Assembly: GCF_006345805.1 (NCBI RefSeq)
Contig: NC_043004.1
Coordinates: forward strand, 94,364,001 to 94,428,000
From: Octopus sinensis
Taxonomy: Eukaryota
Length of the DNA stretch: 64,000 nt
Direction of reading: 5' to 3'
The notes below the pieces were generated by a model. It saw only the letters and a list, made by a program, of their open reading frames with translations. It did not search any database and was not told where the DNA came from. This document shows, one piece after another, positions 42,060 to 53,869 of the stretch (position 1 is the stretch's first letter; each line of letters begins with the position of its first letter). The position numbers and the translations under genes are program-made.

Positions 42060-44008
42060 TTATACGGAAAAAAAAACCTTAGGAGGAGGGGCTGTGTTAA
42101 ATCCGTGTGGGGTAGTAGTTTGTAGGGTGAAGATGTAGCGTTGCTCCAAGTGGAGCCTAGAAAGTGGACGACCATTGTGGGGGACGAGACCAAACACTGA
42201 GATGTCATCTAGGGAATGGCTGGCCGAGCGGAAGTGGCGTGCGACGGGAGAAAAAGAGTGTAGGCGAACGTCCCTCAAATGTTCTGTGAATCGGTCGGAC
42301 AACCGGCGTCCCGTCTGTCCTACATACAGCATCCCGCATAGGTTGCATTTAATGCAGTAAATGAGGCCAGACGAGGTGCATGTAAAGGAGTGCCTAATAC
42401 GTACAGTTCGCCGGTTGGAGCCAGTGACAGCAGTGGTGTTGGTGATGAAGGGGCAAGTGTTGCAGCGGGATCTAGAGCAAGGGAATGATCCGTGTGGGGC
42501 TGAGGGGGAAAGAGAGAGGGTGCTGTGGACCAGGAGGTCACGTAGATTACGGGCTCGTTTGAAGGAGGACAGGGGTGGGTTAGGGAAAATGGGGCGGGTT
42601 GTGGGATCAAGCTGGAGGCGACGGAAGGCACGTAGTATCTTGCGACGAAGGGGTAGGGTAGAGGGGTGGAAAAGGAGGGGGAAGGGGTGCGGTTGGGGTG
42701 GGTGGGGGAAGGAGACAGGGCGGTGGTGCGGTCGATGCGACGGGCGCGGGTGAGGGCATTAGAGATGAGTATAGGTGGGTACCCTCGGAGTCTGAACAGG
42801 CGGGCCAGGTATTGAGATTGGGTCTCGAAATCCTGGTCGCGGCTGCACAAACGTCGGAGGCGGAGGAACTGGGAGTAGGGGATGGCTCGTTTGGTGTGGA
42901 AGGGGTGGGAGGAGGAGAAGTTGAGATAGAGGTGGGAGACCGTAGGTTTAAAGAAGGCGATGGTGGTGAGAGAGTTGGAGGGGTGGTCGATTCGGAGAGA
43001 GATGTCAAGGAAGTTGACAGAGGTGTTGGAGATGATGGAGGTGAATTGAAGAGAGGGGTGAAAGTTGGAAAGGAAAGAGATGAATTGGCCGAGAAGTTCA
43101 CGGGAAAGGGAGGTGGCACCTATGCAGTCGTCTATATAGCGACCGTATAGTTCGGGGATCGGCCCAGAGAACTGGGAGAATACTTGGGCCTCAATGTAGC
43201 CAAGAAAGAGATTGGCGAAATTGGGGCCCATCCTAGTTCCCATCGCGACCCCGGACTGCTGTTGGTACGTTTCCCCGGCGAACGTGAAGCAGTTGAGGGT
43301 GAGGACGAGCTCAGCCAAGCGGAGAAGGGTGGGGGTGCTAGGGGTGGGGTCGGGACGACGGTCGAGGAAGTGTTGGAGGGCTAGGAGACCGTCATTGTGG
43401 GGAATCACAGTGTACAGGGATTTTACATCTAATGTGAAGAGGAGGTGTGAGGGGCTGGAAGGGAAGGAAAAGGAATTGAAGAGACGGAGGGCGTGATTGG
43501 TGTCATGTATGTGGGATGTGAGGGTTGCGACTAAGGGGGACAGGATGCGGTCGAGGTATAGGGAAATGTATTCAGTGGGGCAATTACAGGCAGAGACTAT
43601 GGGACGGCCAGGATTAGAGGGTTTATGGATCTTGGGAAGGAAGTAGATGGTGGAGGTGCGGGGTGTGCGGACGATGAGGTTGGTGGCGGTGAGGGGGAGA
43701 GCAGGGGAGGAGATGAGGTCGCAGATGGTGGAGGACATTCGCTGTTGGTAGGAGGAGGTGGGATCGGAGGGGAGGAGGCGATAGAAGAGGGGATTTTGAA
43801 GCTGGCTGAGCGCTTCCTCCCTGTATAGGTCCGCGCGCCACACTACCACTGCCCCGCCTTTGTCCGCCGGTTTGATGACGATGTCATTACGGCGGCGGAG
43901 GTGGCGAAGGGCAATGGATTCGGCCCAAGTGAGGTTGGCTCGGCGGAGTCTTGGTTCAAAGTTGAACCGGTGGACCAACGCGTTGCAGTCATGTACAAAC
44001 GAATCTAG
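42060..44008 (-). pseudogene. Penelope-like reverse transcriptase / GIY-YIG endonuclease ORF, one frameshift near 42700, N-terminus missing
   Basis: IVIKPADKGGAVVVW, YFLPKIHKPSNPGRPIVS, DVKSLYT, QQQSGVAMGTRMGPNFANLFL, RYIDD. After the shift: SSFKRARNLRDLLVHS, Cys linker FPCSRSRCNTCPFI, then LIYCIKCNLCGMLYVGQTGRRLSDRFTEH...EQRYIFTLQTTTPHGFN. Confidence 0.93.
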
Positions 44009-44009
44009 G

Positions 44010-44105
<96 letters not shown>

Positions 44106-44605
44106 TCGGCTAACGTTCCAGAGAGACTCATGAGTCATGAGTTTCGTCCATTGACTCTCACCAAACTGCTTGATAAGTGCTGATATACGAAACTGTATAT
44201 TAGCACTGCCAGCTAATAAAAATATTTATAGAATCTGTATGTATGGGTGTGTGCCTATTAATTAATTAATTAACCAATTAATCAATTAATTAATTAATTA
44301 ATTAATGACAAGATAACAGGAGTTGTGTTATCGACTTCATTAACCTACAGCTGTTTCTGATATCAGAAAGCGTCCAATCAGAGTTGAATGCTTGTGCAAC
44401 ATCCAATATTTGCTTATTTATCCTACAATGTATATTTTATTTGTTCCTACTTATTTAAGGTGTGTATGTGATACTTATATGGGTGCCAGTGTAGTATGTG
44501 ATCTACATACATGTTTCTGGTATAGCATGTGATCTACATTGGTTCAAATGGTATAGTTTGTGATCCACACCGATTTTTTTTATCTACATTTAAAATTCAT
44601 CTATT

Positions 44606-44705
44606 NNNNNNNNNNNNNNNNNNNNNNNNNNNNNNNNNNNNNNNNNNNNNNNNNNNNNNNNNNNNNNNNNNNNNNNNNNNNNNNNNNNNNNNNNNNNNNN
44701 NNNNN
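44606..44705. other. Assembly gap (100 N)
   Basis: Directly visible. Confidence 1.
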
Positions 44706-45035
44706 ATTTTTTATTCCATTTTAATGCATAATTTTTCGTGTGTCGATGGCGGCGGAGTTGGCGTCCACGCTCAAACACCTGCACCTGTGTTTGCTTCTCC
44801 CCCTTCTTCCCTCCCTCGTGAAGCTGTGGGGAAGGGAGTGTAAGGAAATCAACGTCGTAAAGCGTTGTCAAGGAGACCAGCGTTCTTTTAGAACAACGAC
44901 TTCATGGCTTGAAGACACCAAAATAGAAATGGCTAAGAAAGCCCGAATTGGCATTTATAAGGGAAGTAACTCTCTAAAAATGCTTATATAGTTATTTCCC
45001 TTACAAACCCGAGCAACGCCGGGCGATACTGCTAG
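44706..45035 (+). mobile_element. Non-autonomous Helitron, 3' part (5' part lost in the gap)
   Basis: Ends CCCGAGCAACGCCGGG-CGATACTG-CTAG|T. Near-identical to 51129-51645. Confidence 0.85.
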
Positions 45036-45914
45036 TTATTATTAAAATAGTTATTTAAGTCTGCATCGCCAGAAAGTTTTTATAAGTTGCAATTTTAATA
45101 TTTTTTCTTACCAAAATGTTTTCAAACTTCTTTTATTATTGAAAATTTCAATCACATAGCTAACTTTTATTTACTTTAACACAATCGTCTTACACTTCGG
45201 GATAGTGTTTTTAACCCCACGACAACGTTTTTTTTTTAATCACGCAACTAGGTTGCATTGACGGTAATCGTCTCAGCTGAGATCAACAATTAGCGTACGA
45301 CAATGGTTCGGCGTATATTTACATCAACCGCTTTAACCAGTTTACAGTGGCGATTCATTCGGTTACCTGCGCGCGGCAACGGTAATCGCACGGTAATTGT
45401 GGTCAGCACTCAATGCGAGATAATGTTCGGTGTATGTTTACGTCAACCGTTTTAGTGCAAGTACTGCTTATTTAGCTAAACTATATCCCTGTGCAGGATA
45501 CTCATGCATAAGGTCACTTGACAGCACAAGTTAGACCAACTTCATGTATTCAAAAACTGATTTTAGTGTAGCAGAGTTCAAAACAGGGTACCACGCACAG
45601 TGGCATATAGCGTTGTGTACAATGGTATTTAGTTTCATTACGTTTCCCTTTTACTGTACATACTGTGCATCTGTAAAAACTAACACTTCCTTTTTCCGAG
45701 CTGAGATTCGAAACAGGTGTGAAAGAAATTCCTTTGACCTGTCAAAAAATGATGCACGGTTTCCCCCCGACCTTCGACCTCAGTTGTGTCATTTGATGTT
45801 CAATTAGACAGGAGGTGACCTACATAGGTAGGATTTTCTCCTGTGGTATGTCTGTCCTTCTAGCTGTCACGATCATTATAAATACAGCAATCCGTCAAGA
45901 GATAGCAGAAATAA

Positions 45915-46340
45915 ATATATTTCTTTATTGTCCACAAGGGGCCAAACATAGAGGAGACAAACAAGGACAGACACACGGATTAAGACAATTACATCGATCC
46001 CAGTGCATAACTGGTACTTTATTTATCGACCCCGAAAGGATGAAAGGCAAAGTTGGCCTCGGCGGAATTTGAACTCAGAACATAACGGCAGACGAAATAC
46101 CTATTTCTATTTCTTTATTACCTACAAGGGGCTAAACATAGAGGGGACAAACATGGACAGACATAGGTATTAAGTCGATTATATCGACCCCAGTGCTTAA
46201 CTGGTTCTTAATTTATCGACCCCGAAAGGATGAAAGGCAAAGTCGACCTCAGCGGAATTTGAACTCACAACGTTGCGCCAGACGAAATACCGCTAAGCAT
46301 TTCGCCCGGCACGCTAACGTTTCTGCCAGCTCGCCGCCTA
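45915..46340 (-). mobile_element. Nested pair of long-tail SINE family A copies
   Basis: Junction GACGAAATAC|CTATTTC at 46100/46101. Confidence 0.88.
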
Positions 46341-46679
46341 CTCAGAAGAAATAGTCAGAGGCGAGACGGCCAGCAAGTAACTTCGCCAGTTAAGCAGGCA
46401 ACACAGAACCAGATATTCAACATGAACGACCCAACACAGTTGCAGATGCAGAACATAAACAGACACCACTGAATGACCAACGCATACACAGGCACAAAAC
46501 ATGTCCGAGTCTACCCTGTCATATCGATACAGTATTTACCCTGTTAATTTCTTCTTCACCGGCTCGAAGTAAGTTGGTAATGTGATGTAGTGAAATTTTT
46601 GGTGCATACAACAAGTAAATACAAGTGTCGTTTGAATAAATCATTTAAACTACAATCCGATGCTTTCTCGTTGTTTTAC

Positions 46680-46859
46680 TTTGATGTTGTCCACATGCCG
46701 CAGGAGTGGCTGTGTGGTAAGTAGCTTGCTAACCAACCACATGGTTCCGGGTTCAGTCCCACTGCGTGGAATCTTGGGCAAGTGTCTTCTGCTATAGCCT
46801 CGGGCCGACCAATGCCTTGTGAGTGGATTTGGTAGACGGAAACTGAAAGAAGCCTGTCG

Positions 46860-46904
<45 letters not shown>

Positions 46905-47040
46905 TTGTGTTTGTCTCCCTAGCATTGCTTGACAACCGATGCTGGTGTGTTTACGTCCCCATCACTTAGCGGTTCAGCAAGAGAGACCGATAGAATAAGT
47001 ACTAGGCTTACAAAGAATAAGTCCCGGGGTCGATTTGAAC
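46680..47040 (+). mobile_element. SINE family C, young copy
   Basis: GCAGGAGTGGCTGTGTGGTAAGTAGCTTGC head with all modules. Confidence 0.88.
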
Positions 47041-47119
47041 GTGAAACGATCACCATGCAAAAAAATCCAAAGAAAACCCCCCAAAAAACAAAAAATAAAA
47101 AAAACTAATTCATGTGTAT

Positions 47120-48089
47120 GTTTCCCGGAGACTTGTAGACGACTGTAATATCGACATGAAGTGCAACCCCTTTGGACTCATCACTGCTACATCACATCAC
47201 ATTTTGAAGGCTATGCATTTGCAGTCCAAGAACAGGAGGTTGCTACTAAATACCTAAGAAACAAAAGAAACAGTGAAGCCTTTGGAGCTCCAACATGCAA
47301 CCGAAAGTGTAGATTATGTCATATTTAAGTGGGAGGCATTGCACATGTGATTAGCTGCTGCCCCAAAATGTCATCAAGATACTACCTCACTATGCGATAC
47401 GATGCTAGCGCTAAAACGATATATAATGTCATTCGTACAAGAGACTGTCTTGGGATAAATATAGAGAATCTTCTGTACTTCAAAATATAGACAAATATCA
47501 ACACAAGGAATACCGGTGGAACGTTCCCATCAAACTTCTGTCAAGTGGAAACATAACAGGCTGGATATTGTTGTCTGGGACAGACAAGAAAAAATATGTA
47601 CCTATTTCTTTATTACCCACAAGGGGCTAAACATAGAGGGGACAAACAAAGACAGACATAGGTATTAAGTCGACTACATCGACCCCAGTGCGTAACTGGT
47701 CCTTAATTTATCGACCCCGAAAGGATGAAAGGCAAAGTCGACCTCGGCGGAATTTGAACTCACAACATAACGACAGACGAAATACGGCGTGCTAATGTTT
47801 CTGCCAGCTCACCGTCACAGAGATCAGCTGTTCAGCTGATGTGTAAATATCTCTTCGAACATCAAATAGAAGGAGAATAACTAGGAACAACTGCTTCGAA
47901 ATCTCAGCTTCTGTATCCTAATTATAAATTTAAATTTATACTACTAATAATTGGTGCTCTTTTGTGGGTAAATGTTTTAGTGACATCCTGGACAAGTTAG
48001 GGTTTTCAGAAAAAGAAACCAGCCAGCCAATTCGCACATTACAAATACAATCTGTAAATGGAACTGTAAAAATATACGAGACTTTTCTC
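47120..48089 (+). mobile_element. RLE-type (R4/Dong-like) LINE C-terminal region interrupted by a SINE A (47602-47815, minus)
   Basis: FEGYAFAVQEQEVATKY, zinc knuckle CRLC...HVISCC, R-Y-D (RHD-like), HNRLDIVVWDRQEKIC (PD..D-like), then EISCSAD...LLRNL...IIGAL...GTVKIYETFL. Confidence 0.85.
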
Positions 48090-48129
48090 GATAGGATGAC
48101 AGAGAAATTATCTTGTAATATTTGTTGAG

Positions 48130-49990
48130 TTCAGGTTTCGCCGAGGTCGACTTTACTTTTCATCCTTTCGGAGTCGATAAATTAAGTACCATTTGCTTAC
48201 TGGAGTCGATCTAATCGACTGCACGCCCACCTCACCCAAAATTTCGGCCCTTGTGCCTAGAGTTGAAAAGAATATTTGCTGTAAGAAAGAAGGTGGTCTG
48301 GCAGAAACGTTAGCATGCCGGGCGAAATGCCTAGCGGTATTTCGTCTACCGTTACGTTCTGAGTTCAAATTCCGCCGAGGTCGACTTTGCCTTTCATCCT
48401 TTCGGGGTCGATAAATTAAGTACCAGTTACGCACTGGGGTTGATGTAATCGACTTAATCCGTTTGTCTGTCCATGTTTGTCCCCTCTGTGTTTAGCTCCT
48501 TGTGGGTAGTAAAGAAATAGGTATTTCGTCTGCCGCTACGTTCTGAGACGACTTTGCCTTTCACCCTTTCGGGGTCAATAAATTAAGTACCAGTTGCATA
48601 CTGGAGTCGATCTAATCGACTGCACGCCCACCTCACCAAAAATTTCGGCCCATGTGCCTAGAGTTGAAAAGAATATTTGCTGTAAGGAAGGAGGTGGTCT
48701 GGCAGAAACGTTAGCACGCCGTTACGTTCTGAGTTCAAATTCCGCCGGGGTCGACTTTGCCTTTCATCCTTTCGGGGTCGATAAATTAAGTATCAGTTAC
48801 GCACTGGGGTCGATATAATCGACTTAAACCGTTTGTCTGTCCTTGTTTGTCCTCTCTGTGTTTAGCCCCTTGTGGGTAGTAAAGAAATAGGTATTTCGTC
48901 TGCCGCTACGTTCTGAGTCGACTTTGCCTTTCACCTTTTCAGGGTCAATAAATTAAGTACCAGTTGCATACTGGGGTCGATCTAATTGACTGGCCCTCCC
49001 TCCCGCCCGCCAAATTTCAGGCCTCGTGCCAGTAGAAAAGAATATTTACTGTAAGGAAGGCAGCGAGCAGACAGAATCGTTAGCACGACAGGTGAAATAC
49101 TTGGCGGTATTTCGTCTGCCGTTACGTTGTGAGTTCAAATTCCGCCGAGGTCGACTTTGCCTTTCATCCTTTCGGGGTCAATAAATTAAGTACCAGTTAC
49201 GCACTGGGGTCGATATAATCGACTTCATACCTATGTCTGTCCTTGTTTGTCTCCTCTGTGTTTAGCCCCTTGTGGACAGTAAAGAAATAAGGATCGTTAG
49301 CACGTCAGACAAAATGCATAGTGGTATTTCCTTCGTCTTTACGATCTCAGTTCAAATTCCGCTGAGGCTGGCTTTGCTTTTCATCTTTTCGGGGTCGATA
49401 AATAAGTACCAGTTGATTACTGAAGTAGATGTAATAAACTTACCCACTTTCCTGAACTTGTTGGCCTTGTGCTAAAATTTGAAACTAATATTTGTTCTAA
49501 GCCGTAGGGCAGTGAGCTGGCCGAATCGTTAGCAAGTCAGAGGAAATGCTTAGCGGTATTTCGTCTGTCTTTACGTTCTGAGTTCAAATTCTGCCCAGGT
49601 CGACTTTGCCTTTCATCCTTTCGGGGTCGATTAATTAAGTACCAGTTACGCACTGGGGTCGATGTAATCGACTTCATCCGTTTGTCTGTCCTTGTTTGTC
49701 CCTTCTGTGTTTAGCCCCTTGTGGGTAGTAAAGAAATAGGTATTTCGTCTGTCTGTACATTTCGTGTTCAGACACCCCCGAGGTGGACTTTGCCTTTCAT
49801 CCTTTCGAGGTCGATGAAATAAGAATCAGTTGAGCGTTAAAGTCGATGCAATCGACTTGCACAACCTTTGAAATTGCTGGTCTAGTGTCAATATAAGAAA
49901 GGAATATTTGTTCTAAGCCTGTAACATCTGAGTTCAAATTTTCCCAAGATCAACTTGCTTTTTTTATGATCTTAAGCTCGATGAAGCGAG
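48130..49990 (+). mobile_element. Co-oriented array of ~9 SINE family A units including a ~400-bp tandem duplication
   Basis: The variant GCACGCCCACCTCACC...GTGCCTAGAGTTGAAAAGAATATTTGCTGTAAG is repeated at ~48220 and ~48620. Confidence 0.9.
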
Positions 49991-50184
49991 TACAAATCAA
50001 GTACCGTATTGATTAAATCGAGTACACACGTCCTTTACAAATTCTTGCGTGCTCATGTTAGAAATCATTTTATAGACATATATTTCGAATCGTACCGGAG
50101 ATAACAATGTTTCAGTCCTCCTCCGGAAGAAATATTATGAATGTAAAGTGATTTTAGGCATCATAAGCACCAATTTGAAGGGAG

Positions 50185-50640
50185 AAGTGGGAGAGAGAGA
50201 GAAAGATAGATAGAGGAAGAGAGAGAAAGGGAAGCGAGAGAAAGGCAGGTAGATAGAGAGGGAGAGATAGAGGAGAGAGAGAGAGAAAGAGAGAGAGGTA
50301 GAGAGAAAGAGAGAGAGAGGAAGAGAGTGAGAGCGAGAGAGAGGAGAGACAGAGGAGAGAGAAAGGGATGGGAAAACAGAGGGAAAGATAGATAGCTAGA
50401 GAGGGAGAGATAGAGAGGAGTAAGAGAAAGAGGGAGAGGGAAGGGAAGAGAGAGAGGGAAGGGGAGAGAGAGAGGAAGAGAGTGAGAGCGAGAGAGAGGA
50501 GAGACAGAGGAGAGAGAAAGGGATGGGGAAAGAGAGAGAAATATAGATAGCTAGAGAGGGAGAGATAGAGAGGAGTAAGAGAAAGAGGGAGAGAGAAGAG
50601 AAAGAGATAGAGAGAGAGGGAGAGAGAGAGAGAGAGAGGA
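50185..50640. repeat. (GA)-rich low-complexity tract with an internal duplication
   Basis: GAGGAAGAGAGTGAGAGCGAGAGAGAGGAGAGACAGAGG...GGGATGGG block repeated at ~50315 and ~50475. Confidence 0.9.
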
Positions 50641-51128
50641 ACAGGCGACTTCAGTCTGAAATTGCTCTTCATGATGCGCAACACCAATTAGAAAATTCAT
50701 TTTTCTTCTTATTTTTTTAAAATGCACAAATACGTCTGGTAAAATAAAGACTGAACAGTTAGTTATTGTCAAGTTAAACGTATCGAAGTACGGGAAAACG
50801 ATTACAGAATTCCATAAGTTGAGAAATTAAAAAATTTTTTAGACATTTACCTTGTATATTTATCTCCCTTGTGAAGAAGTTATTTCCCTTTATTACTTGC
50901 CTCCCTTGAACTCTACGTTAACGCCGTATCTTTTCCATCTTTTTGGGAAATCCTAATAGAATTGAATTTTAGGTTACAAATTTGCTTTACAAAAATCATA
51001 CGATTAGTAATATCATAAAAGGATTCATTTATTAAAGTTATCGAATAAGTTTGTAATCACTCTTATCTACACATTGTATACGTTATGGGTAATCTAGAAG
51101 TGTAGATGGTGCAAACATATATACATTA

Positions 51129-51645
51129 CTAGCAGTATCGCCCGGCGTTGCTCGGGTTTGTAAGGGAAATAACTATATAAGCATTTTTAGAGAGTTACTT
51201 CCCTTATAAATGCCAATTCGGGCTTTCTTAGCCATTTCTATTTTGGTGTCTTCAAGCCATGAAGTCGTTGTTCTAAAAGAACGCTGGTCTCCTTGACAAC
51301 GCTTTACGACGTTGATTTCCTTACACTCCCTTCCCCACAGCTTCACGAGGGAGGGAAGAAGGGGGAGAAGCAAACACAAGTGCAGGTGTTTGAGCGTGGA
51401 CGCCAACTCCGCCGCCATCGACACACGAAAAATTATGCATTAAAATGGAATAAAAAATGATGTTAAATTATTTTAAAAATCGTAGACTCATCGTAGATCC
51501 GCACTAATACTCAGACGGGCTCGATATGAATCACGACTATAAGATACCCGAATTTGGTTAAACTGCACCGCAAAATGTGGGAGTAGTTAGGAATCTAAAT
51601 CGTAGGAGACAGACACTCACACAACTACAGTTTTATATATATAGA
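51129..51645 (-). mobile_element. Complete non-autonomous Helitron (517 bp)
   Basis: Minus strand A|TCTATATATATAAAA ... hairpin CCCG-AGCAACGC-CGGG ... CTAG|T, no TSD. Confidence 0.9.
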
Positions 51646-51927
51646 TATATATATACTAGTATGTACGTATCGTCAAAAACTGCTGATAGTTTTTTTTTTG
51701 TAATGATAGAAAATGGAAGAGACCACTGATAAATGTCAGCAATCGAGTAAATATATGTATATATACCGAACTGAATCACTTAAACATTCAGAAACGGTTT
51801 TAACGTCTCAGTGGAAAATATTTTACGGAGATGTACTTTCATAGCAAGTGATTTGATCTGAGATCGTGTGCTGAGACGAAAACAATTGCAGCGTGGAAGG
51901 TGTTTGTAAGCCATTTAAGAAACACAC

Positions 51928-52112
51928 AAAAGCCGTTCAATTACCTCAACATTTAAGTTTAATTTGTCAAAATATTTTTGTCGCTTTAAGACCGCGACCT
52001 GTTCACTGACAAAAATCCGTGCTATTTTTGTCAGTGAACAGGTCGCGGTCTTAAAGCGACGAAAATATTTTGACAAATTAAACTTAAATGTTAAAGTGAA
52101 TTGAACGGTTTT
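51928..52112. repeat. Near-perfect ~89-bp-arm palindrome with 7-nt loop
   Basis: Arms 51928-52016 and 52024-52112, loop CCGTGCT. Confidence 0.95.
52027..52077 (+). ncRNA. Putative variant type I hammerhead ribozyme with G3:C8 core
   Basis: TTTGTCA-GTGAACA-G-GTCGC(GGTCTTAAA)GCGAC-GAAA-ATAT-TT-TGACAAA: 7-bp stem I, 5-bp stem II, palindromic AATATT stem III. Confidence 0.6.
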
Positions 52113-52284
52113 TTTAGAAAATATTACCATCCACATAATACACATGCACACACATCTTAGTGGTGTATGGTGGTTGTTGTATGGTGTATGTTGCCACACC
52201 CAATGCCACCAAAGTTCAAGTAGGATTATAACAAAAGCTTTCCATTAAGATCTGTGATTAAATTAATAAGTAAGGTTAATCTCG

Positions 52285-52685
52285 TTTTACTCTCTTTTTA
52301 CTTGTTTCAGTCATTTGACTGCAGCCATGCTGGAGCACTGCCTTCAGTCGAGCAAATCGACCCAGGGACTTATTCTTTGTAAGCCCAGTACTTATTCTAT
52401 CGGTCTCTTTTACCAAACCGCTAAGTGACGGGGACGTAAACACACCAGCATCGGTTGTCAAGCAATGTTAAGGGGACAAACACAGCCACACAAACACACA
52501 CATACATATACATATATATACATACGACAGGCTTCTTTCAGTTTCCGTCTACTAAATCCACTCACAAGGCATTGGTCGGCTCGGGGCTATAGCAGAAGAC
52601 ACTTGCCCAGGATGCCACACAGTGGAACTGAACCCGGAACCATGTGGTTGGTAAGCAAGCTACTTACCACACAGCCACTCCTAAT
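52285..52685 (-). mobile_element. SINE family C
   Basis: Full modules. Confidence 0.88.
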
Positions 52686-52879
52686 ATTTATAAGGAATGT
52701 CTACATGGATGAGACAGATTTTGTATAGCTTGATGCCATTCCCATTGCTAACGTTTCACATTGCTCAGACATAATGACGTAGAAGATTGGAAAAAAAGAC
52801 CACATCTTGCTTGACAGTGACACTCACAACTAGTTCCTAATGTCAAGGCAAGGAAACAGTATAACAAACAAACAGACAC

Positions 52880-53069
52880 ATACTTTTATTCTTTTATTCT
52901 TTTATTTGTTTCAGTCATTTGACTGTGGCCATGCTGGAGCACCGCATTTAGTCGAGCAAATTGACCCCAGGACTTATTCTTTGTAAGCCTAGTACTTATT
53001 CAATCGGTCTCTCTTGCTGACGGGGACATAAACACACAAGCATCAGTTGTCAAGGAAACACAGACACAA

Positions 53070-53109
<40 letters not shown>

Positions 53110-53300
53110 GACGGGCTTCTATCAGTTTCCGTCTACCAAATCCATTCACAAGGCTTTAGTTGGCCTGAGACTATAGTAGAAGACACTTGTCCAAGGTGCC
53201 ACACAGTGGGACTGAACCCGGATCAATGTGGTTGGCAAGCAAGCTACTTACCACACAGCCACTCCTGTGCCTATACTTACCACACAGCCACTCCTGCACC
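52880..53300 (-). mobile_element. SINE family C with a duplicated head fragment
   Basis: CTTACCACACAGCCACTCCTG is repeated at its 5' end. Confidence 0.85.
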
Positions 53301-53308
53301 TCTATATA

Positions 53309-53356
<48 letters not shown>

Positions 53357-53589
53357 ATATACATCTATCAAGTTGATTGTAGGTGTAACCACAGTGTTCT
53401 AGTGATCTCATGAGCTAGCTTTCTTTTATTTCCATTGATTTGTGAATATACGATTGTATTGTATAAAACAAAGCACAAATATTGATGCAGACATCTCATC
53501 ATAATTTCTTCCATACTGAAATTAATACTACTTGAAGAAAGTTGCAAAATGGCCATAAACTTCAGGGTATCAAGGGATTAAAAATGATG

Positions 53590-53780
53590 GTGGCACATAA
53601 AATGCATCCACTACACTCTCAGAGAGGTTGGCATTAGGAAGGACATCCAGCTGTAGAAACCTTGCCAGATCAGATTGGAGCCTGGTGCAGCCTCCTGGCT
53701 TGTCAGTCCTCACACAAACCATCGAATCCATGCCAGCATGGAAAGGGGAATGTTAAACGATGATGATGATGATGATGATC
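53590..53780 (+). mobile_element. RTE LINE 3' UTR fragment with (GAT)n tail
   Basis: Matches 57380-57570. Confidence 0.8.
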
Positions 53781-53869
53781 TCACACTTTTATGGTTTATA
53801 TGTACACATGTATAAATGCATATATATATATGTGTGTGTGTGTATATATATATGTATATATATATATAT

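Larger units (their letters stand above)
38941..44010 (-). mobile_element. Penelope-like element (Neptune-type architecture), 5'-truncated, flanked by (TA)n on both sides
   Basis: RT plus GIY-YIG ORF at 42060-44008, a long CA-rich 3' region, and a hammerhead-bearing terminus matching the solo copies. That 39200-42060 belongs to the element is inferred. Confidence 0.8.

Noticed and set aside
44130-44212. Short palindromes (ACTCATGAGT; 13-bp hairpin AGTGCTGATATAC/GTATATTAGCACT)
   Set aside because: Too short and isolated to separate from chance without conservation data.
44740-44991. Identical 83-aa ORF at two loci suggesting a duplicated gene
   Set aside because: Both lie inside copies of a non-autonomous Helitron, starts are non-ATG, and there is no recognisable domain.
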